A DNA stretch of 64,000 bases. It comes from Escherichia phage Bp7. Positions 49,660 to 59,948 of this stretch are shown here, piece after piece. Location of the stretch: sequence record NC_019500.1; one strand, 5' to 3'. The notes below the pieces were generated by a model that was given only the letters and a program-made list of their open reading frames with translations, ran no database searches and was not told the DNA's origin. Position 1 is the first letter of the stretch. Each line of letters opens with the position of its first letter. The translations under genes and the position numbers were made by a program.

Positions 49660-51714
49660 ATGATGGAAAATTTAAACGAAGTTTTTGATAGCGATTCCGC
49701 TAAAAACTATCCAGTAATAAATCTTAAACCAGGTTCCGGTATCCCACAGATTTTCTCTATTAAAGCACCGGGTAATGATAACCTGGTTGCTCGTATGGTA
49801 TCTTATGCGTCTCAAGGAGACGCTATTAAAATGGTTAAGCCGGGCGACAAATATGTCCACGTTATTCTAATGAGTTTGTCAAGCAAGGGTGCTCCGGCTG
49901 AACTCAAAGGTGGTCTTGGTTCTGACCCACTCGGTACGCTGAATACCATTTTTGATACTGTATACGAACAAGTAAACAAACTTAAAATGGATGCGGTTTT
50001 ATTCCGTTTCCCTACCAAGAAAATGAAAGGTAAGGGCCCTACTGTTCAGCGTGTATTAGCTCGTTTGGCTATGGCTCGTACTGGTGGTAAGTTTAAAGTT
50101 GTTGATGCCATGTACCAATTCACTGGAAAACATACCTATGTTCTTTTAGTACGTCGTGGCACTAATATTGAAGATATCAAGGGTATGCCTGAAATTGATG
50201 CCGAACTTTATACTAAGGTTGAGTCCAAAGTTGGCGAAGTTTATGTTTCTAAGGAAACCGGCCAGTCCGTAAGTAAGGCCGAAGCTGTCTCGGCAAGTAT
50301 AGCTAAGGTTGAAGAGAAACGTACTGATAAGGCCGTCATTACCAAGACTAAGATTTCTCGTCGTGCTATTGCTATGTCGCAATCCTTAGAATCGTCACGA
50401 TTTGAAACTCCTATGTTTAAGAAATTTGATTCTAATGCTGCTGAATTGAATAAACCGGCTACGGCTCCTTTAATGTCAGAAGCAAATGAAATAAAGGTTA
50501 TTTCTAATTCTTTCTTGGCTTTAGAAAATACCATTAGTGCTAATACTGGTGGTATGTCGTTTAAAGACAACCTTCTTATTCCAGAAGATAAAATGGAAGA
50601 AATTAATACCGACATAAAAATGAGAGCTTTTGAGAAATTACATGGATTAAATGTGACTTCAGTAAAAGCCCTAGAAAATTATGCTTCAGTGGTTGATGAC
50701 GTCATCGAAGAATATAAAGGTCCTTGGCTTCAAAAGCTAATGGCTCAACATTCACACCTAGGTTATCACGAAGCAGTCGAGTTGGCTGAAAATTCTTGGA
50801 ATGCTATAAAGACCAAAATTATTCAACGTGAGCTGCGTGTTTACGCTCTTACCGCCGGTTGGCAATTGCATTCTATTATAGAAAATAAAGACGCGTCTCG
50901 TTATACTCCTGCCCAGAAACGTGGTATTCGTGAATATGTTGGCTCCGGTTACGAAGATATGAATAATGTTCTTTTAGGTCTCCATGACCCGAATGTAAGA
51001 AGCAGTATTCTGACTAATGAAGACATAGAAAAAGCTATCAATAACTTAGATTCTGCTTTTGAAAATGGCGAACGTCTACCACCAGGTATTACTCTTTATC
51101 GTTCCCAACGAATGATTCCTGATATTTACTTGGCTATGATTAGCAATAAAGTATTCTATTTCAGAAACTTTGTTTCAACTGCGATATATCCGAATATTTT
51201 TGGTACATGGATGACTGATTCTGGTGTTGGTCTTTTGCCTGACGAAAAACGTCGTGATGTTGCATTAGACAAATCGGATGAAGGTTTAGTATATTCGAAT
51301 AAAGATACTTTAGTAGGTATTGGTTGGGCCTTTACCGGTACAGATAAGGTAAATGTCGTTTTACCTGGTGGAGACTTGGCTCCTTCTAACGAAATGGAAG
51401 TAATTCTTCCTAGGGGTTTGATGGTCAAAATCAATAAAATTACAGATGCTTCATACAATAACGGAACTACTCGTTCTAACAATAAGTTCGTTCAAGCCGA
51501 AGTAATGACTGCAGACGAACTTAATGAAGCCGTGGTGTACGATGGTGATGCTCTGATGGAAACAGGCGAACTAGTTGTCTATAAAGAGGGTAATGAGCTT
51601 TCTTTTGATTCTTTTGTTTCTAATGAGAAGAAAAAGAAATCAGACAGAGGTCTTGGCTTGTTAGCTTCTTGTATAGATATCGACGCTCTCCAGTATAAAT
51701 TTGTACAAGGGTAG
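49660..51714 (+). CDS. Alt-like ADP-ribosyltransferase, paralog 2
   Basis: 684 aa; N-terminal region closely similar to paralog 1 (ARMVSYAS.GDAIK.VK.GDKY.HVILMSLS.KG.PAELKGGLG); ART motifs KRGIREY, FVSTAI, NEMEVILPRG; starts 1 nt after paralog 1 stop. Confidence 0.8.
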   Translation: MMENLNEVFDSDSAKNYPVINLKPGSGIPQIFSIKAPGNDNLVARMVSYASQGDAIKMVKPGDKYVHVILMSLSSKGAPAELKGGLGSDPLGTLNTIFDTVYEQVNKLKMDAVLFRFPTKKMKGKGPTVQRVLARLAMARTGGKFKVVDAMYQFTGKHTYVLLVRRGTNIEDIKGMPEIDAELYTKVESKVGEVYVSKETGQSVSKAEAVSASIAKVEEKRTDKAVITKTKISRRAIAMSQSLESSRFETPMFKKFDSNAAELNKPATAPLMSEANEIKVISNSFLALENTISANTGGMSFKDNLLIPEDKMEEINTDIKMRAFEKLHGLNVTSVKALENYASVVDDVIEEYKGPWLQKLMAQHSHLGYHEAVELAENSWNAIKTKIIQRELRVYALTAGWQLHSIIENKDASRYTPAQKRGIREYVGSGYEDMNNVLLGLHDPNVRSSILTNEDIEKAINNLDSAFENGERLPPGITLYRSQRMIPDIYLAMISNKVFYFRNFVSTAIYPNIFGTWMTDSGVGLLPDEKRRDVALDKSDEGLVYSNKDTLVGIGWAFTGTDKVNVVLPGGDLAPSNEMEVILPRGLMVKINKITDASYNNGTTRSNNKFVQAEVMTADELNEAVVYDGDALMETGELVVYKEGNELSFDSFVSNEKKKKSDRGLGLLASCIDIDALQYKFVQG

Positions 51715-51743
51715 TTTACAAACGCCAAGGATGGTGGTACTAT
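51714..51743 (+). promoter_or_regulatory. T4-type early promoter (-35 GTTTAC, -10 TACTAT)
   Basis: GTTTAC 51714-51719, TACTAT 51738-51743; leader with SD gaggag. Confidence 0.55.
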
Positions 51744-51771
51744 TACCTTACACAAACATGAGGAGAACATT

Positions 51772-52062
51772 ATGAAATCTGCATTCCGCTTTAACGGTCA
51801 AGAACTGGTAGTTGAAAACGTTATCCCTGCTTCCGAAGAGTTTGACAGTGCAGTTGGTAATGAATTGCGTCGAGTTTTCGGTGAAGATAAGCAATTTGAT
51901 ATCCGTCCTGTTGAGAACTTTTCTCATCCGGAACAAACCGAAAACATTTTTAATGGTGTAGTGACTGGTCAGCTTGAATCTGAAGCTCCTATTTCAGTTA
52001 CGGTGTTTGTTAAAAAGCAACCACTAATGACTGCAGCAGGTTTCATTTCGTTCCGTAAATAA
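51772..52062 (+). CDS. hypothetical protein (96 aa)
   Basis: ORF between own early promoter and strong terminator. Confidence 0.5.
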   Translation: MKSAFRFNGQELVVENVIPASEEFDSAVGNELRRVFGEDKQFDIRPVENFSHPEQTENIFNGVVTGQLESEAPISVTVFVKKQPLMTAAGFISFRK

Positions 52063-52070
52063 ACCCCTAA

Positions 52071-52095
52071 AGGAGAGCGTACGCTCTCCTTTTTT
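52071..52095 (+). terminator. rho-independent terminator (AGGAGAGCGU/ACGCUCUCCU then T5) between convergent genes
   Basis: 10-bp perfect palindromic stem followed by TTTTT. Confidence 0.65.
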
Positions 52096-52108
52096 GTTAT
52101 AGCAACCT

Positions 52109-53050
52109 CTATATTCCATTATTAATAGCACGCCCGCCGAATGTATTAACTAATCCTGTTAATCCACTAGAAGCTCCTGAAAGTCTACTTAATTTGGCCA
52201 CTGAAGAACTCAGGGAATTGCTCTCACTTATACCCGCCACGCCTTTAAGGACTTTATCTTCCAGCCATTCGTAAGCAGCCTGTTTACCGACTGCGCCTGT
52301 CTGTACACTTCTATAAGCAAATGTAACATCAAACGAAGCAATTTGGTTATCGCCGTCGTAAGATAATTCCGGGGAAGATACGCTCACAGGAACGCAACCA
52401 TTAAGCATTACTACCGTATGTGGTAATCCATTACGGGAATGAAGGTTGACTTGAATGTCAGCTTCAACATCCTCCGGTAATGCTCTTAATTGTGTAATAG
52501 GGTCTTGAACACTATTGACCCAATCATTAAAAGCACGGTAGTTAGCAGCTTCAGAATCCATACGGAAGCTTAATACTAATGGAGAATATTCTCTTCCGGT
52601 AATTTTGATGTTAGGTGAGTTGTGGTTCAAATCCATTTCATAGTTCAAAGTATTATCCGGGATTTTAACGGCGTGGACTAAAAGACCTGCCGTAGGATAG
52701 GCCATATTGAAAAAATCCATCAGATATGTACCTACTTCAAACTCCCCTAGTAAGCTCTGCACAACCCTGGATGACATAGCTCCAATCAAATATTTACTTA
52801 TGCCTGACTTACGAATCAACTTCTGAGTGCCCGCTGTCACTAATGTCGTAACACCTTGGGTCAACTCTCCTTGTGTAATACCAAACAAATCGCTATTCAA
52901 TGGGATATTGTTAAATAAAGCTCCACCGAACTGGTCGAGGAGCGTCTGAGATTTAGAAGAAGGAACTGTGGCAAATACCACACTAAACAGGTTATTCCTT
53001 TGTAGGTCAATATTAATTGCCTGATTCTGAAATTCTTGTAAAGTATACAT
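52109..53050 (-). CDS. 54: baseplate tail-tube initiator gp54
   Basis: 313 aa (T4 gp54 320 aa), follows gp48 on the same strand. Confidence 0.8.
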   Translation of the reverse strand: MYTLQEFQNQAINIDLQRNNLFSVVFATVPSSKSQTLLDQFGGALFNNIPLNSDLFGITQGELTQGVTTLVTAGTQKLIRKSGISKYLIGAMSSRVVQSLLGEFEVGTYLMDFFNMAYPTAGLLVHAVKIPDNTLNYEMDLNHNSPNIKITGREYSPLVLSFRMDSEAANYRAFNDWVNSVQDPITQLRALPEDVEADIQVNLHSRNGLPHTVVMLNGCVPVSVSSPELSYDGDNQIASFDVTFAYRSVQTGAVGKQAAYEWLEDKVLKGVAGISESNSLSSSVAKLSRLSGASSGLTGLVNTFGGRAINNGI

Positions 53051-54138
53051 TAGAATCCTTCCGTATAAAGTGAGCCACGGTTCAGAGTAATAATTTCACG
53101 GAAAGTAACTTCTAAACTAAACGTAGATGGTAAGTTAGGAGCAATAGCCAATCCGTTAAAATGGCCGTCCGGAGTTTTATCAAAACGGATACTCTGGATT
53201 TGGCATGGGCCAAAAATATCTTCACGACCATCATATGAACTGCTATCACCAAAGTTTCGGATATACCAAATGGTTGGGTTACTTACCACAATAACATTAG
53301 AAAGGAAGCTTGTAATACTTTCCCCTAATAGCTTACCATCAAACTTGTCAATAGCTTCTTTTTTAAATGTAGAACGATACCAAGTATCAATCTTCTCTTT
53401 TAATTCACCTGCGAAAGCCGAATTACCCGTTTCGCCGTAAGAATAATAGTTGAAGATTTCGTATATTTTAATAATCTGGATAAGGTCTTGGGCATTTCGT
53501 GGAGTCATTTCCCAAGTGAATACCTTAGTACGGTTATCCGGACCGGCGTACATACTACGAGCTGTAGTGTATATCTGTTCGCCTGAATCAGCCATTACGC
53601 CGTTAGTCACAGATTCTAATGCACCAAATACCGCGGTACTAGCAACGTTACTTAAAATACCTGTAGCAGTACCACCGCCTTTAGTAATTAAGGACTCACC
53701 AACATCATTAAATTTGTGTGATACGGAATCCACATCAGATTTAGAACGAGGTAAAAGGATATTAGCTAAGGCTTGGGTATCAAATTTAACGCCCTTAGTA
53801 TTTCCACCAAATAAGTTTTTAACAGCACTATATGTTCCACTATTGCCTGTTAATTTGCTGGCTGCACTTGAGAACTTTTTAGTCATTTGACTCGAACGGT
53901 CGTTACGCAAATCCGGAGATACACGAGAACTAAAATTATATGCGGTAAAAAGCAATCCATTTTTATAGAGGTCGTTTAATACCATATCGGTTGAGGTATC
54001 ATTACCTGAAGCACGCTCAGCTGGATACTGAGCGGTTACCGTGGTTTTTATTGCTGGTGTTTTAGATTGACCTGCGGAGGTCTTTGAACCTCCTTTAAAC
54101 AAGGAGGCTACATCAAAGTCAAGTTCTTTTACTTTCAT
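53050..54138 (-). CDS. 48: baseplate tail-tube cap gp48
   Basis: 362 aa (T4 gp48 364 aa), between 29 and 54. Confidence 0.8.
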   Translation of the reverse strand: MKVKELDFDVASLFKGGSKTSAGQSKTPAIKTTVTAQYPAERASGNDTSTDMVLNDLYKNGLLFTAYNFSSRVSPDLRNDRSSQMTKKFSSAASKLTGNSGTYSAVKNLFGGNTKGVKFDTQALANILLPRSKSDVDSVSHKFNDVGESLITKGGGTATGILSNVASTAVFGALESVTNGVMADSGEQIYTTARSMYAGPDNRTKVFTWEMTPRNAQDLIQIIKIYEIFNYYSYGETGNSAFAGELKEKIDTWYRSTFKKEAIDKFDGKLLGESITSFLSNVIVVSNPTIWYIRNFGDSSSYDGREDIFGPCQIQSIRFDKTPDGHFNGLAIAPNLPSTFSLEVTFREIITLNRGSLYTEGF

Positions 54139-54146
54139 TATTAATC

Positions 54147-55883
54147 CTAATTAACTTTAGTAGCTTGACGCATACCAGGGGCCGGAGTAGAGGACTGTGG
54201 AGGTAAATTATAGCTTGTCTTACTCGTTTTCTTGATATTCGTTTGCTGATTTATTTGAGTTGGAGCTTGCTGACTATATTTAGCATTTTCCTTTGCTCTC
54301 ATTTGCTCATCAACCTTTTTAACCTGGGTATTTTCAGGAGATTCCGCTACAGAAGCAGGTTTAGGCTTTTCAGCTTCATTAAATTTCTCTAAAGATTTAT
54401 TCATCTTATCAAGTAATTGCTGGATATTAAGGTCCTTCGGTGCTCCGCCTTTAGCCATAATAGGGTCGGCCAATTGTTTCTCGATATCAGCTTTAAATGC
54501 TTTGGCATTTTCGATATCTTTAGAATCAGGCTTCATTATATTATCGGCAGTTTGAGTCAAACGAATAATATCAGCCTGGGCTTTATCACGTTTCTTGAAA
54601 TACTCTAAACGTTCTTCTTCAGGGAGGTCACGGAAGCTTGTGTCAATTCCACCTGCGCGTAATTGGTCAGCTTGTTCTTTAGTAAGATTACCGTATTTCT
54701 CTGCCTGGTTTATAAGCTCAGGTTTATCCTTATACTTCTTATTCATTTTCTCGGCTGTTTCTAAAGCCTCAGCAGAACGTCTATCATGGTACTTGGCTAC
54801 TTTAGTTTGGTCTTCGACATCCAAAGTGGCTCCGGTATTTTGTTGATACGACATTAAAGCAGAAGCCTCTACGTTTTCAGCCAACTCACCCATACCAGGT
54901 ATTTTGCTTAAAATAGCAGAAATCAACTTAGAAATACCGAGCATTAAAAGCTGGGCCATATTTTTAGTAAGATTAACCATACCACGAATAATGGCTTCAG
55001 CCAGACCTAACCAGTTCCCTTCACTAAACATAGCTTCGGCATTCTTGGCCCATGTCATTAATCCTTCAAGTAACGGGCCCCACTCTTTAAACTTATCATT
55101 AAATTCTTTCCACCCTGACTCAAATTGGTCCATGAAATATTGGAAGTACACACGAATGGCATCTATACCAAATATTAAAAGGACTAAACCTGCGGCGAGT
55201 TTAGCAGCTTCAGCGGCAGCGGTAATGGTATACTTAAAAAGCATGCCTGAAATTCTATCAGCGACGCCTATAGAAGCTTTAAATCCCTTTTCAGTTATTT
55301 TAGTAAGGGCTTCAATTTTATCAGAAAGAGAAGTCTTATCACCTTCTTTACCTTCATCTGAATTTTTAGGAGGCTCGGGCATAAATTCAGCGTCAGGTTT
55401 ATTATCTTCAGGCGGAAGAATATCTTCAACAACAGCAGGAACTTTAGGAGTTTCGGCCTTAGGTTCTTCTGGAATAGAGTCTTCAATAACCTTTAATGAA
55501 CTCCCTTCCGGTGGAATAGAAATACCAGAAAATTTAGCCTCTAACATATTAGAAAGCTTATTAATCTTTTCGTTTAGTGCATCCGAAAGAGCTTTAGATT
55601 GTTGAGTTTGTTCTGATATAGCTTCAGCCGTTAATTCTGTCCCAGCAACAACATCTTGGACGCTTTTATCTACTCGGTCTACAGAACTAATAATCTGATT
55701 GGACTTTGTCTCAACCACTTCAGAGAGCAATTCAGACGCCGCCTGGGAATCGGATAAAACATCTGATATATTTCCTAATTCGTCGTTCTGAGTTTGGGCT
55801 AGCGCCTCAGCACGACGCTGAGGAGCCATTTCTTCAATCAGTTTATTGCGACGAAAACTATTCTGATTAGATTCGTTCTTCAT
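54147..55883 (-). CDS. 29: baseplate hub / tail-length determinator gp29
   Basis: 578 aa (T4 gp29 590 aa); extended coiled-coil composition typical of tape-measure-like proteins. Confidence 0.8.
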   Translation of the reverse strand: MKNESNQNSFRRNKLIEEMAPQRRAEALAQTQNDELGNISDVLSDSQAASELLSEVVETKSNQIISSVDRVDKSVQDVVAGTELTAEAISEQTQQSKALSDALNEKINKLSNMLEAKFSGISIPPEGSSLKVIEDSIPEEPKAETPKVPAVVEDILPPEDNKPDAEFMPEPPKNSDEGKEGDKTSLSDKIEALTKITEKGFKASIGVADRISGMLFKYTITAAAEAAKLAAGLVLLIFGIDAIRVYFQYFMDQFESGWKEFNDKFKEWGPLLEGLMTWAKNAEAMFSEGNWLGLAEAIIRGMVNLTKNMAQLLMLGISKLISAILSKIPGMGELAENVEASALMSYQQNTGATLDVEDQTKVAKYHDRRSAEALETAEKMNKKYKDKPELINQAEKYGNLTKEQADQLRAGGIDTSFRDLPEEERLEYFKKRDKAQADIIRLTQTADNIMKPDSKDIENAKAFKADIEKQLADPIMAKGGAPKDLNIQQLLDKMNKSLEKFNEAEKPKPASVAESPENTQVKKVDEQMRAKENAKYSQQAPTQINQQTNIKKTSKTSYNLPPQSSTPAPGMRQATKVN

Positions 55884-56394
55884 TTAAGATATCCATGATT
55901 TTAAGCAATCCTTTGATAGGACCATTAGGACCAGGGATAGCTATAGTAGAAGTTATATCGTCGGCCCATGTAGCAACAAAGGCAGGCATATCCAGAAAAT
56001 CTGGTACATCATCACCAAGGTAAAGGGACTGTAATACACTATCAACAGGTCCAAATGTTTGAAATGGTTCATGTGATTTAAATTTAAATGTTTTACCTTG
56101 GAATTGGAATTCAAGTCGTTGGCAGATATAAAGGTCATTTAAGTTATAAGTAAACCCGTCTTTGGTTACTTTACTTTTTAATCTTCCGTTGAATTCTAAA
56201 AGGTGAAGAGCGGCAAAATCGGTCTCTGCCGCGGATAAATCTTTATAAATGGAATTCATTAATATGTGAAGAGCCTTGTAAGGGTCTTTTTCATCTTTAA
56301 CCAATTTCTGGTGTTTAAGACCCAATTTAGGAATAGAAATCTCTTTATCACCCAGCGTTATTTTCTTGATCGGGAGTATCAGTTTTAAGTTCAT
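55867..56394 (-). CDS. 28: baseplate hub distal subunit gp28 (start uncertain; six-frame ORF extends to 56436)
   Basis: about 175 aa from internal Met (T4 gp28 177 aa), between 27 and 29. Confidence 0.65.
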   Translation of the reverse strand: MNLKLILPIKKITLGDKEISIPKLGLKHQKLVKDEKDPYKALHILMNSIYKDLSAAETDFAALHLLEFNGRLKSKVTKDGFTYNLNDLYICQRLEFQFQGKTFKFKSHEPFQTFGPVDSVLQSLYLGDDVPDFLDMPAFVATWADDITSTIAIPGPNGPIKGLLKIMDILNEERI

Positions 56395-57517
56395 TTTTAA
56401 CCTTCGGTGGTTCTTCAATCTTAATAGGCTTACCATTAGTAAACATATAAAGGTTTGTAATTGATGTATTGTTACTCACTTCATGAATAACTTCGTCTAC
56501 ATAAAAATCGTATTGGAATTGGTTTTTAGGGTCATAGAAATTAATCTTATCGCCTGGAGTTAGTTCAAAGTTACCGTATACCTTACAATGCGCGTAGCCG
56601 TCGTATTGGGCCATAGTAACTAATCTATCGGCTTCTTCAAATCCGTTTCGGTAGGTATAATCAGAATATCCACCAGAGCGAGAAACCAATATACTGTTTT
56701 GCCCATCGCCAAAAGTAATTCGTGTGGCGTTTTTGTCTAAGAAAGAGTGGGCGTATATAGTAGCGTTTTCATATGGCTTTCTGGAATGCTGGTTGGCTTT
56801 AGTTAACCATTCAAAATCAAATGCGATAGGAGTATCCATATCTTGAACGTATTGGCCTATTAAACGCGGCTCACCCACCACAAAATTAATTGGCTCTTGA
56901 TTAACCATAAATTCATAGTCCATAATAGAAATACCATCTATATCTTCCCAGACAAATACAAATTTATCAGATTCAACGGCCATACCTACTTCTCGTACAA
57001 ATTCCATATAACGGTCCATTGAATCGCACCAAGGGACATTAGGAACATAAACGTTTATCCCGTTCAATGGAGGTGCAAGAAGTGGACGGTCTTGGTAAAT
57101 AACACCAATCATTTCTGTTAATGTTTCTTGAACACTAGGGAAGAACATACGCCCGAATTTAAGATTTTCTAAAAAGTGGATTGGGGCGAGTTGTATTGTT
57201 ATGATATTGTCGCCCTTCGAATCCACTCCTACAGCAAAGTGTTTGCTTCCATAAATTCTTGACTGGGTACGCTCGGAGTTAGCGTTCTTAACAGAAATTT
57301 GGATAATCTGCTCACCGTCCATTTTAGTATGAAGGTTCTTTGCATCATAAAACTGGAGCAGCCCTTCATTACTACCGTAAAGCCCATCTCGCATTGTTAG
57401 AGTAGTAAATGTTGCGCCTAGTTCAACAAAACGATGCTCTAACCAGGCGTCATAATCTTCGTAAAGGCGTATACTGATATTAGGAAAGCCTTCACGTTGC
57501 ATAGTTTTTGAACTCAT
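56348..57517 (-). CDS. 27: baseplate hub subunit gp27
   Basis: 389 aa (T4 gp27 391 aa). Confidence 0.8.
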   Translation of the reverse strand: MSSKTMQREGFPNISIRLYEDYDAWLEHRFVELGATFTTLTMRDGLYGSNEGLLQFYDAKNLHTKMDGEQIIQISVKNANSERTQSRIYGSKHFAVGVDSKGDNIITIQLAPIHFLENLKFGRMFFPSVQETLTEMIGVIYQDRPLLAPPLNGINVYVPNVPWCDSMDRYMEFVREVGMAVESDKFVFVWEDIDGISIMDYEFMVNQEPINFVVGEPRLIGQYVQDMDTPIAFDFEWLTKANQHSRKPYENATIYAHSFLDKNATRITFGDGQNSILVSRSGGYSDYTYRNGFEEADRLVTMAQYDGYAHCKVYGNFELTPGDKINFYDPKNQFQYDFYVDEVIHEVSNNTSITNLYMFTNGKPIKIEEPPKVKNELKTDTPDQENNAG

Positions 57518-58266
57518 TTCTTAAGGTCCTTTTCAACCAAAGACAAAGCAATACCGCGTTCGATTGGAATCATCTGCATAATGCTTTCTAATGAATAATT
57601 GTTCTTTACCAATAAATGGTTTATTTGGTAAAATAAAAATATCTCATCCGGATTGACTATAAGCTTAAACACCTCTAAAATATCGGTATACGTAATTGTT
57701 CTACGATTACAGCACCCATATTTGAGTTCGAAATGAATAGGGCTAGTTTGTTTAACTATATCCTCTAAAGTGGATAAGTCAATAGCATCTATTACGGCTA
57801 ATTGGTCCTCTTCTGAAAGGTCTGACCAATTATATTTTCCGTTTTCATCTTCTACGGTTTGGAGGGTGTTCAAAATCAATTCAGATTTATCGTGATATTC
57901 TATTTCCGGAAATTTGAATGTTAGCTTCAAGCCTGCCACTTCAATTGTAGGGTTATCTAACTTGGCCTGTTTCAAATTGAATAAGACTTGTCTATCCTTT
58001 TCACACTTACTGCAAGTGTATCGGATAGGAATTTTTGTCTTGCCGAGTGATGACGTGTAAAGTTCAATGAACATATACGGGCGCCATGACATAGGATATT
58101 CACCGAAGTATTCTTCCAGTAACTCATCTAAAATTTGTTTTTGCTCTTCAGGCGATTTATTATTCATGTCATTTCGAATCAAAATAAAATCACGATAATC
58201 AGCTACTGTAAAAGGTTTAAATCGGTGGACTCCATCAGGCATTTCACAACGTACTATATTAGCCAT
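57514..58266 (-). CDS. 51: baseplate hub assembly protein gp51 (start at internal Met MANIVRCE)
   Basis: 250 aa from ATG 58266 (T4 gp51 249 aa); SD aagagga and late promoter upstream. Confidence 0.75.
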   Translation of the reverse strand: MANIVRCEMPDGVHRFKPFTVADYRDFILIRNDMNNKSPEEQKQILDELLEEYFGEYPMSWRPYMFIELYTSSLGKTKIPIRYTCSKCEKDRQVLFNLKQAKLDNPTIEVAGLKLTFKFPEIEYHDKSELILNTLQTVEDENGKYNWSDLSEEDQLAVIDAIDLSTLEDIVKQTSPIHFELKYGCCNRRTITYTDILEVFKLIVNPDEIFLFYQINHLLVKNNYSLESIMQMIPIERGIALSLVEKDLKK

Positions 58267-58286
58267 AGGGTGTCCTCTTATTGATG

Positions 58287-58294
58287 TATTTATA
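58287..58294 (-). promoter_or_regulatory. T4 late promoter TATAAATA for gene 51
   Basis: plus-strand tatttata = minus-strand TATAAATA, 21 nt upstream of ATG 58266. Confidence 0.6.
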
Positions 58295-58298
58295 AATA
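58291..58298 (+). promoter_or_regulatory. T4 late promoter TATAAATA for gene 26, overlapping the divergent gene-51 promoter
   Basis: TATAAATA 58291-58298, SD aaaggag 58304-58310, ATG 58317. Confidence 0.65.
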
Positions 58299-58316
58299 AG
58301 CTTAAAGGAGAAGACA

Positions 58317-58940
58317 ATGAATTATACTTTTGACGTAAAAATTAAAAACAAAACCATAAAATGCAGAGCATTTACCCTCAGAGAGTATAAGGACTTGCTC
58401 CAAGCTAAATTAGAAGGCAGAATAGAGTCCTTTATCAATGAACTCATTTCGAATTGCACAGATGCTCGTGATTTAAACAAGCAAGAATCTGAGCTCCTGG
58501 TGATAAACCTGTGGGCCCATTCATTAGCTGAAGTGAATATAGAACGTGAGTGGAGTTGTAGTTGTGGTCGCTCACAGGTTGTCCCTATGACACTAACTCG
58601 AGCAACATTGGGTAAAGAGCCGGATGTTATTAAAGACTTTGGCAACTTTAAAATTGTTTTCAGATATCCTAAACTCTTTGAAGATAAAAATAGAGCTATG
58701 ATGGTCGCCGGGTGTATCGATTATATTTTAACTTCTGCAGGCGAAAAGCTTTTTCTTTCCGATTTAAGCGATGCGGAACTTGATGACCTTTATTCTGTGA
58801 TAACAGAAAAAGATATAAAAGAAGTTTATGATGCACTAGTCGCCCCTAAGCCTATTTTGGCTATACCTATTTCTTGTGAATGTGGTGAACACACCGTCCA
58901 CGTTATTGAGGGACTTAAAGAGTTCTTTAAGGTGATGTAA
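58317..58940 (+). CDS. 26: baseplate hub subunit gp26
   Basis: 207 aa (T4 gp26 208 aa), divergent from 51. Confidence 0.8.
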   Translation: MNYTFDVKIKNKTIKCRAFTLREYKDLLQAKLEGRIESFINELISNCTDARDLNKQESELLVINLWAHSLAEVNIEREWSCSCGRSQVVPMTLTRATLGKEPDVIKDFGNFKIVFRYPKLFEDKNRAMMVAGCIDYILTSAGEKLFLSDLSDAELDDLYSVITEKDIKEVYDALVAPKPILAIPISCECGEHTVHVIEGLKEFFKVM

Positions 58941-59329
58941 TGAATATCAATAAAATGTATTCAGATTTAGACCCTGAAATGAGGACGTCTTGGAATAGAG
59001 ACGTCGCTAAAGCTACAGGTGCTCGCGCAGTAAAAAATAGTTTGTTAGGCATTATTACTACTCGCAAAGGTTCACGCCCTTTTATGCCAGAATTCGGTTG
59101 TGATATCAGTAACCAACTGTTTGAGAATATTACTCCACTAATCACGGATACCATTAAGCGTAATATAGTTTCCGCTGTGCGGAACTTCGAACCCAGAATT
59201 TCTACCCTGGCTGTAGGTGTGACACCTGTGTACGATGATAACTCGATTATAGTGACGGTTCAGTTTAGTATAGTTGATGACCCTGATACATTAGAGCAAA
59301 TTAGAATCCAACTCTCACAGAGTGGTTAA
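58940..59329 (+). CDS. 25: baseplate wedge subunit gp25 (gpW/lysozyme-like fold)
   Basis: 129 aa; LLGIITTRKGSRPF.PEFGCD...QLFEN and RNI.SAVRN.EPRI match T4 gp25. Confidence 0.9.
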   Translation: MNINKMYSDLDPEMRTSWNRDVAKATGARAVKNSLLGIITTRKGSRPFMPEFGCDISNQLFENITPLITDTIKRNIVSAVRNFEPRISTLAVGVTPVYDDNSIIVTVQFSIVDDPDTLEQIRIQLSQSG

Positions 59330-59330
59330 T

Positions 59331-59356
59331 TGCTGTTCAATTGAATAGTGTATAAT
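59331..59356 (+). promoter_or_regulatory. candidate middle promoter for uvsY (MotA-box-like TGCTGTTCA + TATAAT)
   Basis: tgctgttca 59331-59339, TATAAT 59351-59356 at 11-bp spacing. Confidence 0.4.
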
Positions 59357-59387
59357 GGTCCTATGGTTATTACACAGGAAACATGCG

Positions 59388-59822
59388 ATGAGTAAAGAGA
59401 TTGAATATAAATTAGAGTCGTTTCAAGATGCTTTGGATGAAGATTTAAAGATTGATGGGACTCGTTTACAGTACGAAGTACAGAACAACGTTTTGCTGCA
59501 CAGCAAATGGCTAAGGCTGTATACGAATTGTAAGAAAGAAATAATGAGATTAGAAATCCAGAAAAAGACCTCACTTAAGAAGCGATTAGATTTCTACACG
59601 GGCCGTGGAGAGCCTGGTGATGAGGTTTGTATGGACCAATATGAGAAGTCTGAATTAAAGACCGTTATGGCTGCGGATTCTAGTGTAATTAAAATCGACA
59701 CATCAATTCAGTATTGGGCTTTATTACAAGACTTTTGTAGTTCAGCACTTGATGCTATTAAGGCGCGTGGTTTTAACCTTAAGACCATGCATGAGATGAG
59801 ACAATTTGAGGCAGGTAAATAA
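59388..59822 (+). CDS. uvsY: UvsY recombination mediator
   Basis: 144 aa from ATG 59388; LQYE..NN..L.SKWL, RLDFYTGRG, YEKSELKTV, C-terminal IKARGF.LK..HEMRQFEAGK match T4 UvsY. Confidence 0.9.
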   Translation: MSKEIEYKLESFQDALDEDLKIDGTRLQYEVQNNVLLHSKWLRLYTNCKKEIMRLEIQKKTSLKKRLDFYTGRGEPGDEVCMDQYEKSELKTVMAADSSVIKIDTSIQYWALLQDFCSSALDAIKARGFNLKTMHEMRQFEAGK

Positions 59823-59920
59823 TGAGACGTACTAAAAATACCAAACCCATTAAAGTAGATGCCGATAAAATGAAACTTCTTCAAGAATTCATTAATGCCG
59901 CTTTATCAAGTAATAAATAG
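59822..59920 (+). CDS. small basic peptide (32 aa; uvsY.-1 position)
   Basis: ATG overlaps uvsY stop. Confidence 0.3.
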   Translation: MRRTKNTKPIKVDADKMKLLQEFINAALSSNK

Positions 59921-59948
59921 ATATGTAAGTTAAACTAAGGAGACAATC

